From NCBI GenBank assembly GCA_965248265.1, contig CBDFJF010000002.1, positions 1,248,001-1,312,000 of the forward strand: a stretch of 64,000 nucleotides of DNA, written 5' to 3'. The stretch comes from Candidatus Latescibacterota bacterium. Its GTDB lineage: Bacteria > Latescibacterota > UBA2968 > UBA8231. Below are positions 1-10,347 of the stretch, one piece after another (the first letter of the stretch is position 1; the number at the start of each line of letters is the position of its first letter). A program made the translations under genes and the position numbers. The notes beneath the pieces are model-generated. The model was not told the origin of the DNA. It worked only from the letters and a program-made list of their open reading frames with translations, and searched no databases.

Positions 1-244
1 TGAACTCGGGCCAGCTACCGGCGGGTGCATACCGGCCAGTGGGCCAGGTGCTGGGGTCGTCGATATGGACGCCGTCGTCGGAGCAGGCGGCGCGTATTTG
101 CGCCCGCCATCCCTCAAGCACATCAGAAGGTACCAACCCGGGGACCGCCAGCGCCCCCTCTGCCTTGAACTCGTCCAGCTGTGCCGGCGACAGCTGCATG
201 CTCGGTCCGACGCCAGGCTCACGCGTTTCTGATCGATTCACCAT
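1..244 (-). CDS. Partial (5' end) phytanoyl-CoA dioxygenase (PhyH)-like Fe/2OG protein
   Basis: Manual translation of the minus strand gives MVNRSETREPGVGPSMQLSPAQLDEFKAEGALAVPGLVPSDVLEGWRAQI..., which matches the typical PhyH N-terminus (L..Q...F...G.L..PG.V). GGAG lies 5 nt before the ATG at 244. The ORF runs off the window edge. Confidence 0.6.
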   Translation of the reverse strand, partial: MVNRSETREPGVGPSMQLSPAQLDEFKAEGALAVPGLVPSDVLEGWRAQIRAACSDDGVHIDDPSTWPTGRYAPAGSWPEF

Positions 245-271
245 CAACACTCCATGAGGAATGAGACGAAA

Positions 272-287
272 GTGAGCAATCGCTCAC
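272..287. promoter_or_regulatory. Palindromic operator-like site GTGAGC-AATC-GCTCAC
   Basis: Perfect 6-bp inverted repeat in the divergent intergenic region between the PhyH-like gene and the operon starting at 607. Confidence 0.3.
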
Positions 288-515
288 AGGAGAATGCTAA
301 GAATACGATAGGTTCGGAGCCATCAGCAAGATTTTATGGGTGAAAGCTCCAAATTTCGCATTACCCCGAGTCGTCATTCGGAACGCAGACGTTGCAGTTG
401 CTGGTCGATCCAATCTCGACCATAGCCTTCATCACTTGCTATCCGGTTTTCCCTTGGAACCGCACACGGCCTGTCGCCGACCACGGCGGCACCTCATGGA
501 CATTCCTATATAGAT

Positions 516-592
516 GCGAATCGGGAGTAGCCCAACATGAATTGAGATCAGGAGTTGGTTAGGTTAGGCGACTAATCAGGATCCCGATTCGC
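516..592. other. Stem-loop in the 5' leader of the 607 operon
   Basis: Perfect 11-bp inverted repeat GCGAATCGGGA (516-526) / TCCCGATTCGC (582-592), with an inner CCAAC/GTTGG stem. It ends just before the AAGAGGA RBS. Confidence 0.45.
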
Positions 593-606
593 GCAAGAGG
601 ACGGGC

Positions 607-2151
607 ATGGCACTGATCGACATCGGTTCCACCAAGCAGCTTTTCGTAGACGACTACCTGATCGACGGCATGACCAACACGCGGCCGATCATGAACCCGG
701 CGGTGAAGGTCAAGGAGAACCCGATCCTCCGCCCTGAGCGCCCCTGGGAAGGAACGCATCTGGCTCTTCAGATGGTCGTCTACGATAACGAGGAGCAAAT
801 CTTCCGGATGTGGTACAGCCCGGGCCAGCACGTGGGTCAACGCCAGGGTGATACCATCGTCATGACGAACGCGTACGAGGGACCGCGCCATGCAAGCTGT
901 CTGGCCACGTCGGAGGATGGGATCCATTGGGAGCGTCCGGAACTCGGGTTGGTCGAGTTCAAGGGATCGACCCGAAACAACCTCCTGCCACCCCAAAGCT
1001 CGATGCCCGAACTCTTTCCGCCGGAGAGAAAACCGGGATTCACTTTCTTCGATGATCCCCATGAGAAGGAGGCCGGCAAGCGCTTCAAGGGGCTGGTACG
1101 CACCTTCGGGGCGCTCGCACTCGACCCGGATGGACAGCAAGCCGCCAGTGGCGCTGTCCCTGCGGCTCCCCCTGGGATGAAGTTCCACCTCTACTACTCG
1201 CCCGATGGACGGGAGTGGACGGCCTGCGAGAGCAACCCGGTCATCGACTATTCGCCGAAACCGGGCCGCTGGGGGCCGACCAATTTCATGGGTTGGGATC
1301 CGATCCGCCAGGTGTACGCCGTCCACATGGAGAACAACCTGCACTGGCACGGTCCACTCGGGAAGCGGGTGATCGGTCGTGCCGAAAGCCCGGACATGAT
1401 CCACTGGAGCGAGGCGGAGACGATTCTGGTCCCGACCGAGCATGATACCCCGGACACGGAGTACTATGCGATGCCGGTGATCGCCTATGAGGGTCTGTAC
1501 GTTGGCATGTTGTGGAATTTCCGCACGACGAACCTGACCCATCACCCCCAGATCGTCTTCAGCCGGGATGGGATCCACTACAACCGGGAGTTCCGCGAGC
1601 CCTTCATCGTCCGCGGCCCCCGGGACGATTTTGACGCCAATTCCGTGTACGCGCGGGCGCCGATCGTCCATGGTGACCGCATACTCGTCTACTACTACGG
1701 TACCAATAGCCGATCACCAGAGCAGGCGTTCGACCTCGGTGACAAGGCGACCACGGCCATCGGACTGGCGACGCTTCCTCTGGATGGATTCGTTTCCCTC
1801 GACGGCTCGAAAGGTACCCTGGGCGCTTACCGGCCGGCCGACATCGGGCCGGGCAGCCAGATGGTCACCCGTTCATTCAGCTTCTCCGGAACCCAGTTGT
1901 ACCTCAACATGCAAGCGCCACCGCGGTTCAACAGCTCGGGATCGTGTGAGGTGCAGGTGGAGATCCTGGCGCCCAACTACGAACGCATCCCGGGATTTAC
2001 CGTCGACGACGCCGATGTTCTGACAACAACCGGCACGGCCCACGTCGCCAGCTGGAACGGCCAATCGGACGTCAGTCAGTTTCTGGGTCGAGCGATCCGG
2101 CTTCGGTTTTATATCAAAAGCGCCAAGCTTTACTCGTTTCAGTTTCGCTAG
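607..2151 (+). CDS. Five-bladed beta-propeller glycoside-hydrolase-like protein (GH32/43/130-like) with C-terminal beta-sandwich
   Basis: Repeated S.DG..W Asp-box-like motifs, WERPELGLVEF.GS..NN, and C-terminal DGFVS...LRF...AKLYSFQF. No signal peptide evident. Confidence 0.7.
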   Translation: MALIDIGSTKQLFVDDYLIDGMTNTRPIMNPAVKVKENPILRPERPWEGTHLALQMVVYDNEEQIFRMWYSPGQHVGQRQGDTIVMTNAYEGPRHASCLATSEDGIHWERPELGLVEFKGSTRNNLLPPQSSMPELFPPERKPGFTFFDDPHEKEAGKRFKGLVRTFGALALDPDGQQAASGAVPAAPPGMKFHLYYSPDGREWTACESNPVIDYSPKPGRWGPTNFMGWDPIRQVYAVHMENNLHWHGPLGKRVIGRAESPDMIHWSEAETILVPTEHDTPDTEYYAMPVIAYEGLYVGMLWNFRTTNLTHHPQIVFSRDGIHYNREFREPFIVRGPRDDFDANSVYARAPIVHGDRILVYYYGTNSRSPEQAFDLGDKATTAIGLATLPLDGFVSLDGSKGTLGAYRPADIGPGSQMVTRSFSFSGTQLYLNMQAPPRFNSSGSCEVQVEILAPNYERIPGFTVDDADVLTTTGTAHVASWNGQSDVSQFLGRAIRLRFYIKSAKLYSFQFR

Positions 2152-2159
2152 AGGCTGAA

Positions 2160-3074
2160 ATGATAGATCGTGACCGCGTTCGCGAAGCCCTGACCGGACC
2201 CTTGACGTCGATCACCACACCCTTCAACAGGGATGGGACCGTCGACTACGACAGCTTGCGCCGGTTGCTGGATTTCAACATTGAGGCCGGCAGCAAGACC
2301 ATGCTGCTGACGGCGGGGGACAGCCACTACATCGCGATGTCGGATGAGGAAATCACGGAAGTCTCCAAGGCCACCGTCGAGCACACGGCGGGTCGGGCGA
2401 TGGTCGTCACTGCCGATCGTTACTACCACACGCGGCAGGCTGTAGAGTTTGCCAGGTACGCGGCGGACATCGGAGCGGATGTGCATATGGTTCTGCCCCC
2501 GGACTGGGGAGCCTCGTGCGCGCCCGAGACGGTATGCGATCACTACGCCGAGATCGCGGAGCAAATCCCCGTGATGATCGTGACCGGGTTCTTCATTCCG
2601 CGGGGTGAGGAGTTCGGGTTGAGGACCCTTAAGATGGTTCTGGATCGCGTCGACAACGTGGTCGCGATCAAGGATGACATGCACGGCAAGTTTGCCAGGC
2701 GGATGACACTGATGCTGCACGAGCACTGGGCTGTCTTCTCAGGAGGAGAGAAGCAAAACCACTTGGACCTGCATCCGTACGGTTGCCACGGCTACATGTC
2801 GACGTTTCTCTCGTTCAAGCCCCAGATCGCTCACGACTACTGGCGCGCCGTTCAATCCAATGATATGCCCTCCGCAACGTCGATCATCCGTAACCTCGAT
2901 CTGCCGCTGTTCGAGCTGCTGGGAACAACCACGGGTGGGTTCGACGCGGCCATTCACGGTTTGCTGGAGTTATACGGGATCTGCCAGCGCTGGCGTCCGC
3001 CGCCGTATTACAGTTTGAGCGATGCAGACATGGAAGAGTTGGACGACGGCCTTCGAGGACTGGGGCTACGGTAA
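2160..3074 (+). CDS. Dihydrodipicolinate synthase/N-acetylneuraminate lyase family aldolase or dehydratase
   Basis: TPFNRDGTVDYDSLRRLLDF, variant TAGDS motif and Schiff-base Lys in AIKDD. Confidence 0.85.
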   Translation: MIDRDRVREALTGPLTSITTPFNRDGTVDYDSLRRLLDFNIEAGSKTMLLTAGDSHYIAMSDEEITEVSKATVEHTAGRAMVVTADRYYHTRQAVEFARYAADIGADVHMVLPPDWGASCAPETVCDHYAEIAEQIPVMIVTGFFIPRGEEFGLRTLKMVLDRVDNVVAIKDDMHGKFARRMTLMLHEHWAVFSGGEKQNHLDLHPYGCHGYMSTFLSFKPQIAHDYWRAVQSNDMPSATSIIRNLDLPLFELLGTTTGGFDAAIHGLLELYGICQRWRPPPYYSLSDADMEELDDGLRGLGLR

Positions 3075-5032
3075 TGCATCAGGAGCGGCCGACGTCGGGG
3101 GTAACACCCCGTTCGTTGGTCATCGGGGCCGGGCTCAGTCTGGTAATCGGCGTGGGAGTACCCTACGGCGCCCTCGTCATCATGGGCAGCCAAATGAGCT
3201 CGTTGAATGCTCCCGCCGCCTTCTTCCTGTTCTTCCTGTGGGTGGGTATCGTCCAGGTGTTGCTGGGGCTCATTCGTCGGAAGTGGGTCCTGGGCAGGGG
3301 GGAGCTGCTGACCATCTACATCATGATGGTCGTGGCCACGGCGTTCTCGGGCGGCGAGCGCAACGGCTTTTGCATGATGCTGTTGTCGAACACGGCCGGG
3401 GTCTTCTACCTGGCGACCCCGGAAAACGAGTGGGCTGAGCGGGTTCACCCCTATGTCGCAGATTGGATGGTCCCTCACGACGAGCTGGGGATTCGGTGGT
3501 TTTTCGAGGGGATGCCGGATGGCCAGTCCATTCCCTGGGGCATGTGGCTGCCGCCGCTGTTGTGGTGGTTGGTGTTCATGGTGGCGCTGTGGATGTTCAG
3601 CATCTGCGCCATGGTCATCCTCCGCCGCCAGTGGGTCGAGCACGAGCATCTGATTTACCCCATTACCAAAGTACCGCTGGCCATGGTCGAGGCGCCGTCC
3701 GCCGGAGCGAGGGTGGCGCCTTTCTTCAAGAAGCCCCTGATGTGGGTGGGCTTACTGCTGGCGTTCGGCCGCGAGAGCCTCAACGCCCTCAACCATTACT
3801 ATCCCTTCGTGCCCGTGGTTCCGCGGCGCCTGGGGAATATATCGATCATGCGGGGATCAGTTGGAATCGGATTTTCGCTGAACCTGATGATCCTTGGGTT
3901 TGTGTATTTTCTCAAACCGGACGTCATGCTCGGGATGTGGGTGTTTCATCTTCTCCGGCGCGTGGAGGAGGGAGTCCTGAACCTGACAGGGTCGGGCATC
4001 GGGGAATCGCTGTCTCGCTATGGCGGCGGTGGGGGCGTGACGGGATTGCTGGCCCATCAGAGCATCGGGGCCATGATCGCATTAGTCCTGTTCGGGCTCT
4101 GGATCGCGCGCGGGCATCTGCGGATGGTGTTTCGCAAGGCCTTTGTCGGGGACGATTCGGTGGACGATTCAGACGAAACCCTGTCCTACCGCACGGCGGT
4201 ATGGGGGGCCATCCTCGGACTGCTCGGGATGAGCGTGTGGCTGTGGCATGCGGGCCTGCCGATGTGGGTGACGCCGCTGTTTCTTTTCGGTGCAATGGTG
4301 ACTTTTGCCAGCCTGACGCGGATCGTCGTCGAGGCCGGCTTGCCCATGGTATTTCCGCGCAACATTCCCCTGGACTTCGTGATCTCGGGAATTGGAGCGC
4401 GCCATATCGGCCCCACCGGAATCGCGGCGCTGGGTCCGACGGTGATATGGACCGAATCCCTGGCCAGCTCGATGATGACACACACCGCCACCGGGTTGAA
4501 GCTGAGCGGGGAGATCGCCTATCGCAAGCGCTGGTTGTTGCTGGCGATCGTGATCTCGATCGCGGTTTCCGGGATCAGTACATTCTGGACAACCCTGTCG
4601 ATAACCTATCGTGAGGGCGGTATCAACGTCGCCGCGTTCGTGGGAGGGATGCCCGACTTTACCTGGGAGTACGTGGGGCGCCGAGTCGATGAGCATGCGG
4701 GACCGAACTGGCTGGGTTGGCTCATCCGCTTGATCGGGGGAGGGGTGATGGGGGGGCTGTTGATCTTGCAGCGCCGGTTTCTGTGGTGGCCGTTGCATCC
4801 CCTGGGGTTCGTGGCCGGCATGGACAGGGTGATGGATACGGCTTGGTTTCCAGTCTTCCTGGCCTGGTTGATCAAATCGGTCCTTTTGAAGTATGGTGGT
4901 CTGAAGGCCTACCGCTCGCTCATTCCTTTTTTCTACGGGTTGGTCCTGGGTCAGTTTTTCGCCGGAGGGTTTTGGCTGATCGTGGATTATTGTACTGGAA
5001 TGATGGGAAACGGATTGGGCATGGCCTACTGA
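3074..5032 (+). CDS. Multi-pass membrane protein, DUF6785/DUF6784 type (putative transporter)
   Basis: 652 aa, very hydrophobic, with RRQW..HE.L.YP and C-terminal R..WWPLHPLG..., KYGG...YR...PFF.GL.LG motifs. The start overlaps the upstream stop (TAATG). Confidence 0.75.
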   Translation: MHQERPTSGVTPRSLVIGAGLSLVIGVGVPYGALVIMGSQMSSLNAPAAFFLFFLWVGIVQVLLGLIRRKWVLGRGELLTIYIMMVVATAFSGGERNGFCMMLLSNTAGVFYLATPENEWAERVHPYVADWMVPHDELGIRWFFEGMPDGQSIPWGMWLPPLLWWLVFMVALWMFSICAMVILRRQWVEHEHLIYPITKVPLAMVEAPSAGARVAPFFKKPLMWVGLLLAFGRESLNALNHYYPFVPVVPRRLGNISIMRGSVGIGFSLNLMILGFVYFLKPDVMLGMWVFHLLRRVEEGVLNLTGSGIGESLSRYGGGGGVTGLLAHQSIGAMIALVLFGLWIARGHLRMVFRKAFVGDDSVDDSDETLSYRTAVWGAILGLLGMSVWLWHAGLPMWVTPLFLFGAMVTFASLTRIVVEAGLPMVFPRNIPLDFVISGIGARHIGPTGIAALGPTVIWTESLASSMMTHTATGLKLSGEIAYRKRWLLLAIVISIAVSGISTFWTTLSITYREGGINVAAFVGGMPDFTWEYVGRRVDEHAGPNWLGWLIRLIGGGVMGGLLILQRRFLWWPLHPLGFVAGMDRVMDTAWFPVFLAWLIKSVLLKYGGLKAYRSLIPFFYGLVLGQFFAGGFWLIVDYCTGMMGNGLGMAY

Positions 5033-5072
5033 CGGCGCAATATAGCACGCAACAACGAAGGAGCTGATCGAA

Positions 5073-5903
5073 ATGCAGGATCTACGCATCGCCATGGTGC
5101 AGATGAATAGTCGGGTTGACGACCACGTCGGCAATCTGGCCACCATCGAACGCTTCACCGAGGAGGCGGCCGCGCAAGACGTCGACATCGTCTGCTTCCC
5201 CGAACTGTGCGTGTGTGGCTACAACGCCGGCGACACCTCGACGCCCGAGCCCGAAGCGCTGGAAGGGGAATCTCTCCACAGGCTCGAAGAGATTTCTCGC
5301 AACAATAAGATTACCCTGCTGGCGGGTCTGCTGGAGCGGGACGTCAGTGGCATCGTCTACAACACCCAGGTCATATGCGGCCCTACAGGGTACGTCGGTC
5401 ACTATCGCAAGACGCATGTTCCCAGCGTGGAAATCGACACCTGGTGCCAGGGTGACGCCCTTCCGGTGTTCGACCACTCCAAGGCTCGCTACGGCGTCGA
5501 AATCTGCTACGATTCCCACTTCCCGGAGGCGAGCACGATTCTGGCGGAGAAGGGTGCCGAGCTGATCTTCCTGCCGCACGCCTCACCATCGGAGACTCCC
5601 GAAGAAAAACGTGCCCGCTGGATGCGCTACGTTCCCGCACGCGCGTATGACAACAACCTCTACGTAGCTATCTGCAATCCTGTCGGTGACAACGGTGCCG
5701 GCCGTATCTTCTCCGGCGTGACCTTCATCTGCGATCCCCTCGGCGTCGTCATCGCCGAGGTGCAAAGCGGCTCCGAAGAGGAGATGATCGTCGCCGACTT
5801 GAGTGCGTCGGCGCTGGCTGAGAGTCGCAGTGATAACGTCATGTTCTTCCGCCATTACCGCCGGCCGGAAATGTACCGGCGCTGGGAGAGTGAGACCAAG
5901 TAG
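5073..5903 (+). CDS. Nitrilase/carbon-nitrogen hydrolase
   Basis: Catalytic triad motifs FPEL, YRKTH and ICYD. AAGGAG RBS. Confidence 0.9.
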   Translation: MQDLRIAMVQMNSRVDDHVGNLATIERFTEEAAAQDVDIVCFPELCVCGYNAGDTSTPEPEALEGESLHRLEEISRNNKITLLAGLLERDVSGIVYNTQVICGPTGYVGHYRKTHVPSVEIDTWCQGDALPVFDHSKARYGVEICYDSHFPEASTILAEKGAELIFLPHASPSETPEEKRARWMRYVPARAYDNNLYVAICNPVGDNGAGRIFSGVTFICDPLGVVIAEVQSGSEEEMIVADLSASALAESRSDNVMFFRHYRRPEMYRRWESETK

Positions 5904-5934
5904 CTGGCATCAGTTCCTTACAGAAAGGCGTACT

Positions 5935-6897
5935 GTGGAATACCGAATTTTGGGTAAAACGGGACTTCGCGTATCAGCGGTGGGCATCGGCTGTTGGCAG
6001 ATGGCCATAGACGGCAGTTGGGGAACGGGCGGAACGGATGAAGAGTCGATCGCGACCATTCAACATGCAGAAACCCTGGGGATCAATCTCCTGGACACGT
6101 CGGCCAGCTACGGGGGGGGTCACAGTGAGGAGGTGATAGGCCGTGCGTTGCAAGACCGGCGGGACCGCTACATCGTGGCGACCAAGGTCAAGCCCGTCAC
6201 CGATGACCCGGACGAGGACAATGCAAGGCAGCAGATTGTACAGATCTGTGAAGCCAGCCTGAAACGCCTGCAGACTGACTACATCGACATCCTCCAACTG
6301 CACCGCGATCCACACGAACAGACCATGGCGGCCGTCATGGACGCCCTGGCCGATCTCAAGCGCCAGGGGAAGATTCGCTGGTTCGGCATCTCATCCAACA
6401 ACACGCAAGTGATCGGTCAGTTGCAGGCACTCGGAGAATTGGCCGTCGTCCAGGTCGGCTACCACCTGATAAACCGCGGTGGAGAATCGACACTGGCCCA
6501 TGCCAAGGCTGAGAACCTCGGGACGCTGATCAGAATGCCCATGGCCTCGGGAGCACTGACCGGGAAGCATTTCAACAAGGAGCCGAGCCTCACCGGCAAC
6601 GACCTGCGCAAGTCCCGATTTACCTCGGAGAAAGGCGTCGCTGCTTTCAAGCGGCTGGCGGAATTGCTCTTTCTGACCGAAGGGGGTCGCCGCACCATGG
6701 TACAAGCTGCGTTGCGGTTCGTCCTCGACACCGACGGCGTATCGGCGGTGATCCCCGGCGCCCGAAACCGCAAGCAGCTGGAGGAGAACGCCGGGGCCGT
6801 GGATGTACCTCCACTGACTCCGGACGAGCGCTCACGGGCGATGCTCATCGCCGGTGAAGTGAGTAGTTTCTCGAGCCTGGGGGTAATTCAGGGTTGA
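5935..6897 (+). CDS. Aldo/keto reductase
   Basis: GTG start after GAAAGG. YRILGKTGLRVSAVGIG, DTSASYGGGHSE and SLKRLQTDYIDILQLH motifs. Confidence 0.9.
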   Translation: MEYRILGKTGLRVSAVGIGCWQMAIDGSWGTGGTDEESIATIQHAETLGINLLDTSASYGGGHSEEVIGRALQDRRDRYIVATKVKPVTDDPDEDNARQQIVQICEASLKRLQTDYIDILQLHRDPHEQTMAAVMDALADLKRQGKIRWFGISSNNTQVIGQLQALGELAVVQVGYHLINRGGESTLAHAKAENLGTLIRMPMASGALTGKHFNKEPSLTGNDLRKSRFTSEKGVAAFKRLAELLFLTEGGRRTMVQAALRFVLDTDGVSAVIPGARNRKQLEENAGAVDVPPLTPDERSRAMLIAGEVSSFSSLGVIQG

Positions 6898-6913
6898 CCG
6901 CCACGCCATGTCG

Positions 6914-7930
6914 TCAGCTGTCGCAGGCGACGAATTCCACCCACCCAGGTCCTCCGCCCACCTGGTGCACTTCCAGCTGTTCCAGACCCCCTGTGGCCGC
7001 ATCGATGCGATAGGAGGCCAGTCCGCCCGTGTCCTGGCCCGACACGTACAGGTACTGCCCCGTCGGATCGAGGTTGAACATGCGTGGCGTCTTCTCCGTG
7101 GCGGTCTGACCCAGCGGCGTCAGCTCCCCGGTGCCTGCATCCACCCGGTACCCGGCAATGCTGTCATGCCCCCGGTTGGAGGCGTATAGGTAACTCCCGG
7201 TCGGTGTGATCTTGATCTCGGCGCAATTGTTTTCCGATGCATCATAGCCCTCCGGCAAGGTCGTCAAGGTCTGGAAGCCATCAAGAACGCCAGTCTGCGA
7301 GTCCATGCGATGGGCCGATACCGTGCCGCCGTTCTCGTTAACTGAGTACAGGACATCCATGGTCGGGTGAAAACAGATATGCCGTGGCCCTTCCGGCGTC
7401 GACGGTGAATAGCACGGCGGATCGCTCGGGGTCAGGCGGCCGGTCGCTGCGTCGAAACGAAACTGATCGATCCGGTTCGGTGGATTGATGTGGGGGACGT
7501 AGACGAACCGGCTGCCAGGATCGGCCTGGATCGAGTGCGCATGCTGGGCCATCGTCCTCAATTCGACGGGTTGATCCTGAATCGATCCGTCCGCATCGAT
7601 GCCGTGCACGCCAATCGTGCCCTGTGTGAAACAACTGTAGAACAGGAAGCGATCGGTGGGATTGGTGTTGAGGTAGCAAGGCCCGGGCTCGATAACGACC
7701 GAATTGATCGGTTCGAGGTCACCGGTGTGACGATCGACCCGGAAACTGCCGAGGCGGTCGCTGCCCATTGTTCCAAACAGGAATCGTCCGGCGCCGTCGA
7801 CCGCCATGGCCCCGATGGAGTGCGGCGTCTCGATTGAGGTCTGAGCCGTGAGTCGCCCCGATGATGCGTCCATGCGAAATCGCGCCAATTTCCCGTCGGC
7901 TGCTCCCGATACGTACAAGTGATAATGCAT
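6914..7930 (-). CDS. 6-phosphogluconolactonase (Pgl/YbhE)-type beta-propeller lactonase
   Basis: HAHSI, GPRHICFHP, YASNRGHDSIA and TPRMF motifs. Confidence 0.9.
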   Translation of the reverse strand: MHYHLYVSGAADGKLARFRMDASSGRLTAQTSIETPHSIGAMAVDGAGRFLFGTMGSDRLGSFRVDRHTGDLEPINSVVIEPGPCYLNTNPTDRFLFYSCFTQGTIGVHGIDADGSIQDQPVELRTMAQHAHSIQADPGSRFVYVPHINPPNRIDQFRFDAATGRLTPSDPPCYSPSTPEGPRHICFHPTMDVLYSVNENGGTVSAHRMDSQTGVLDGFQTLTTLPEGYDASENNCAEIKITPTGSYLYASNRGHDSIAGYRVDAGTGELTPLGQTATEKTPRMFNLDPTGQYLYVSGQDTGGLASYRIDAATGGLEQLEVHQVGGGPGWVEFVACDS

Positions 7931-8094
7931 CGCCAATCTCCTGTTGCGCCGTGCAGGATGCGCCAGGTGGTAGTGTTGATCCGGGCGGGAACGTAACAAG
8001 GCTTGCACTCCTCCGACAGCTGCCACGCCGGAAGCGGACGCTCTTCATATGGGTGCTCCCGCATTGACACAGAGCGGAGTATTTCGCCTACTCT

Positions 8095-9378
8095 GTGGAG
8101 AGCCACGAACCCAACCAAAAGGTGACCACCTCGATGAATGCGAGTTCACGCCCCTCCGACCTGAAGATCACCGACCTGCGCACCGTCAATCTGACAGGTA
8201 CCCCCTTTCGCTCCCGGCTGGTGCGATTGGACACCAATCAGGGCATCAGCGGCTACGGCGAGATCAGGGACGGCGCCAGTGCGACCTACGCCCACATGTT
8301 GAAGAGCCGTCTGATCGGTGAGAATCCCTGCGAAGTCGACCGTTTGTTCCGGCGCATCAAGCAGTTCGGTCATCACGGTCGTCAGGGCGGGGGCGTGAGC
8401 GGCATCGAGATGGCGCTGATGGACCTGGCGGGCAGAGCTTACGGCGTGCCCGTCTACCAGCTGCTGGGAGGAAAGTTTCGCGATCGCGTTCTCTGTTACT
8501 GCGATACAGCGAGTGTTGCCGACGGTACCGAAATGGGCCGCCATCTGCGCCAGCGCATGGACATGGGTTTCGAGTACCTGAAGATGGACGTCGGTCTGAG
8601 CATTGTCCGCGACCGGGAGGACTGCATTATCGCGCCACCAGGGATGCTCGAAAGTAGAGCGGTCATGCATCCGTTTACGGGAATCCAGCTGACGGAAAAG
8701 GGCATTGGACTGATCTGCCAGTACGTGGCCGCCGTGCGCCAGGAGATCGGCTACGAGGTACCGGTGGCAACCGATCACTTCGGTCACCTGGGGCTGGAAT
8801 CCTGTATCCGCCTGGGCAAAGCGCTCGACCAGTTTTCACTGGCCTGGTACGAGGACATGATTCCCTGGCAGTTCACCGATCAGTGGGAACGGCTCGCCGC
8901 TGCCGTCGATACGCCGGTGTGCACGGGAGAGGACATCTACCTGAAGGAAGGATTCAACGAGCTCTTCGATCGCCGCGCCATCGCCATCGTCCATCCCGAT
9001 CTGGCCACGGCCGGCGGCATCATGGAGACGAAGAAGATCGGCGACCTGGCTCAGGACCACGGCATCGCCATGGCCCTGCACATGGCCATGACACCAGTGG
9101 CGGCCATGGCCTCCGTGCACTGCGCCGCGGCCACGGAAAACTTCCTCGTCCTCGAGAATCATTCCGTCGACGATCTGGAACGCTGGAGCAGTCTGGTAGA
9201 GGGGCTTCCGCGGCCGCTTGTCCATGACGGCTACATCGAAGTACCGGAGAGCCCCGGTTTGGGATTCACCGAGCTGAATGACGAGGTACTTGAAGGTTTT
9301 ATCGAAGACGACGCCGAACTGTTCGCCCCCACCAGCCTGTGGGATAGCGAGTTGTCCAGCGACAGCCTCTGGAGTTGA
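8095..9378 (+). CDS. Mandelate racemase/muconate lactonizing (enolase superfamily) enzyme
   Basis: KITDLR, SGIEMALMDLAG, KMD, DH, WYED and TGED motifs. The start could be the ATG at 8134. Confidence 0.9.
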   Translation: MESHEPNQKVTTSMNASSRPSDLKITDLRTVNLTGTPFRSRLVRLDTNQGISGYGEIRDGASATYAHMLKSRLIGENPCEVDRLFRRIKQFGHHGRQGGGVSGIEMALMDLAGRAYGVPVYQLLGGKFRDRVLCYCDTASVADGTEMGRHLRQRMDMGFEYLKMDVGLSIVRDREDCIIAPPGMLESRAVMHPFTGIQLTEKGIGLICQYVAAVRQEIGYEVPVATDHFGHLGLESCIRLGKALDQFSLAWYEDMIPWQFTDQWERLAAAVDTPVCTGEDIYLKEGFNELFDRRAIAIVHPDLATAGGIMETKKIGDLAQDHGIAMALHMAMTPVAAMASVHCAAATENFLVLENHSVDDLERWSSLVEGLPRPLVHDGYIEVPESPGLGFTELNDEVLEGFIEDDAELFAPTSLWDSELSSDSLWS

Positions 9379-9387
9379 TGCCGGCGG

Positions 9388-10347
9388 TCACAGGAGGGAG
9401 CGGCGCTGATCGATCGCGGAGACTTCATCCAGTCTTGCGCGCAGGTCCGGGTCCAGTGACCAACCCACCCCCCCGAAAACCTCCTCCGCATGTTCGGGCA
9501 GGTCGGGACCGATGATGGCGGCACTGACCTGCTTGTGATCCAGAATCCAGGCGATGGCGACCTGGGCCGGCGTCTTCCCGAGTTCACTGCCGATATCGAC
9601 TAGGGTCCGAATCACCGATTCCACCTGGTCGGTCAGCGCGGCGCCGACATCCCTTTTCCCACCTCGGTAGAGTGCGCCGTCGGCAGCAGTCTGCCCCTGG
9701 CGGAACAAGCCGGTCAGCAGGCCGACCGCCAGCGGACTGAAGGTCATCAACCCGAGACCGTGCTTGAGGATGACCTCCGTCAGGTCATCTTCCACGACGT
9801 AGCGTTGGAGCAGGTTGTACGGATTCTGGGAAACGACCATCGGCGCCAATCCCTGTGATCGGCAGATACCGATGTGTTCCATCAGACGCCACGGCGTATG
9901 GTTGCAGGAGCCGACGTAGGTCGCCTTTCCCTGGCGTACGACGTCATCCATGGCCCGGAGGATCTCATCCGAAGGCGTGTCAGCGTCGGCGTTGTGCAGC
10001 AGATAGACATCCACGTGGTCCATCTGCAAGCGCTCGAGGCTCCGGTCGATTTCCCGCATGATGTGGTATCGTGACAGACCCTCGTCGTTTGGTCCGTCGC
10101 CGATTGGGCCCTGGACCTTGGTCGTGAGAACGACATCATCGCGTCTGCCTTTGAGCGCCTTGCCGACGATGGTCTCCGACCGTCCCCGACCGTAAAAGTT
10201 GGCGCAGTCGATGAAATTACATCCCAGGTCGAGGGCCGTGTGGATGATGCGTTCGCAGACCTTATCGTCGCTCTGCTCGCGGAAGCCGGTCCCGAGGCAA
10301 ATCCGAGACACCTTGACTCCCGCTTTGCCGAGCTGTCTGTAGTTCAT
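9388..10347 (-). CDS. Aldo/keto reductase
   Basis: YRQLGKAGVKVSRICLGT, DCANFYGRGRSE and SLERLQMDHVDVYLLH. Close paralogue of 42406..43380. Confidence 0.9.
   Translation of the reverse strand: MNYRQLGKAGVKVSRICLGTGFREQSDDKVCERIIHTALDLGCNFIDCANFYGRGRSETIVGKALKGRRDDVVLTTKVQGPIGDGPNDEGLSRYHIMREIDRSLERLQMDHVDVYLLHNADADTPSDEILRAMDDVVRQGKATYVGSCNHTPWRLMEHIGICRSQGLAPMVVSQNPYNLLQRYVVEDDLTEVILKHGLGLMTFSPLAVGLLTGLFRQGQTAADGALYRGGKRDVGAALTDQVESVIRTLVDIGSELGKTPAQVAIAWILDHKQVSAAIIGPDLPEHAEEVFGGVGWSLDPDLRARLDEVSAIDQRRSLL

Noticed and set aside
530-569. Integron attC site (GCCCAAC...GTTAGGC)
   Set aside because: Only 40 bp, shorter than known attC sites, with no clear L boxes, no integrase and no second site.
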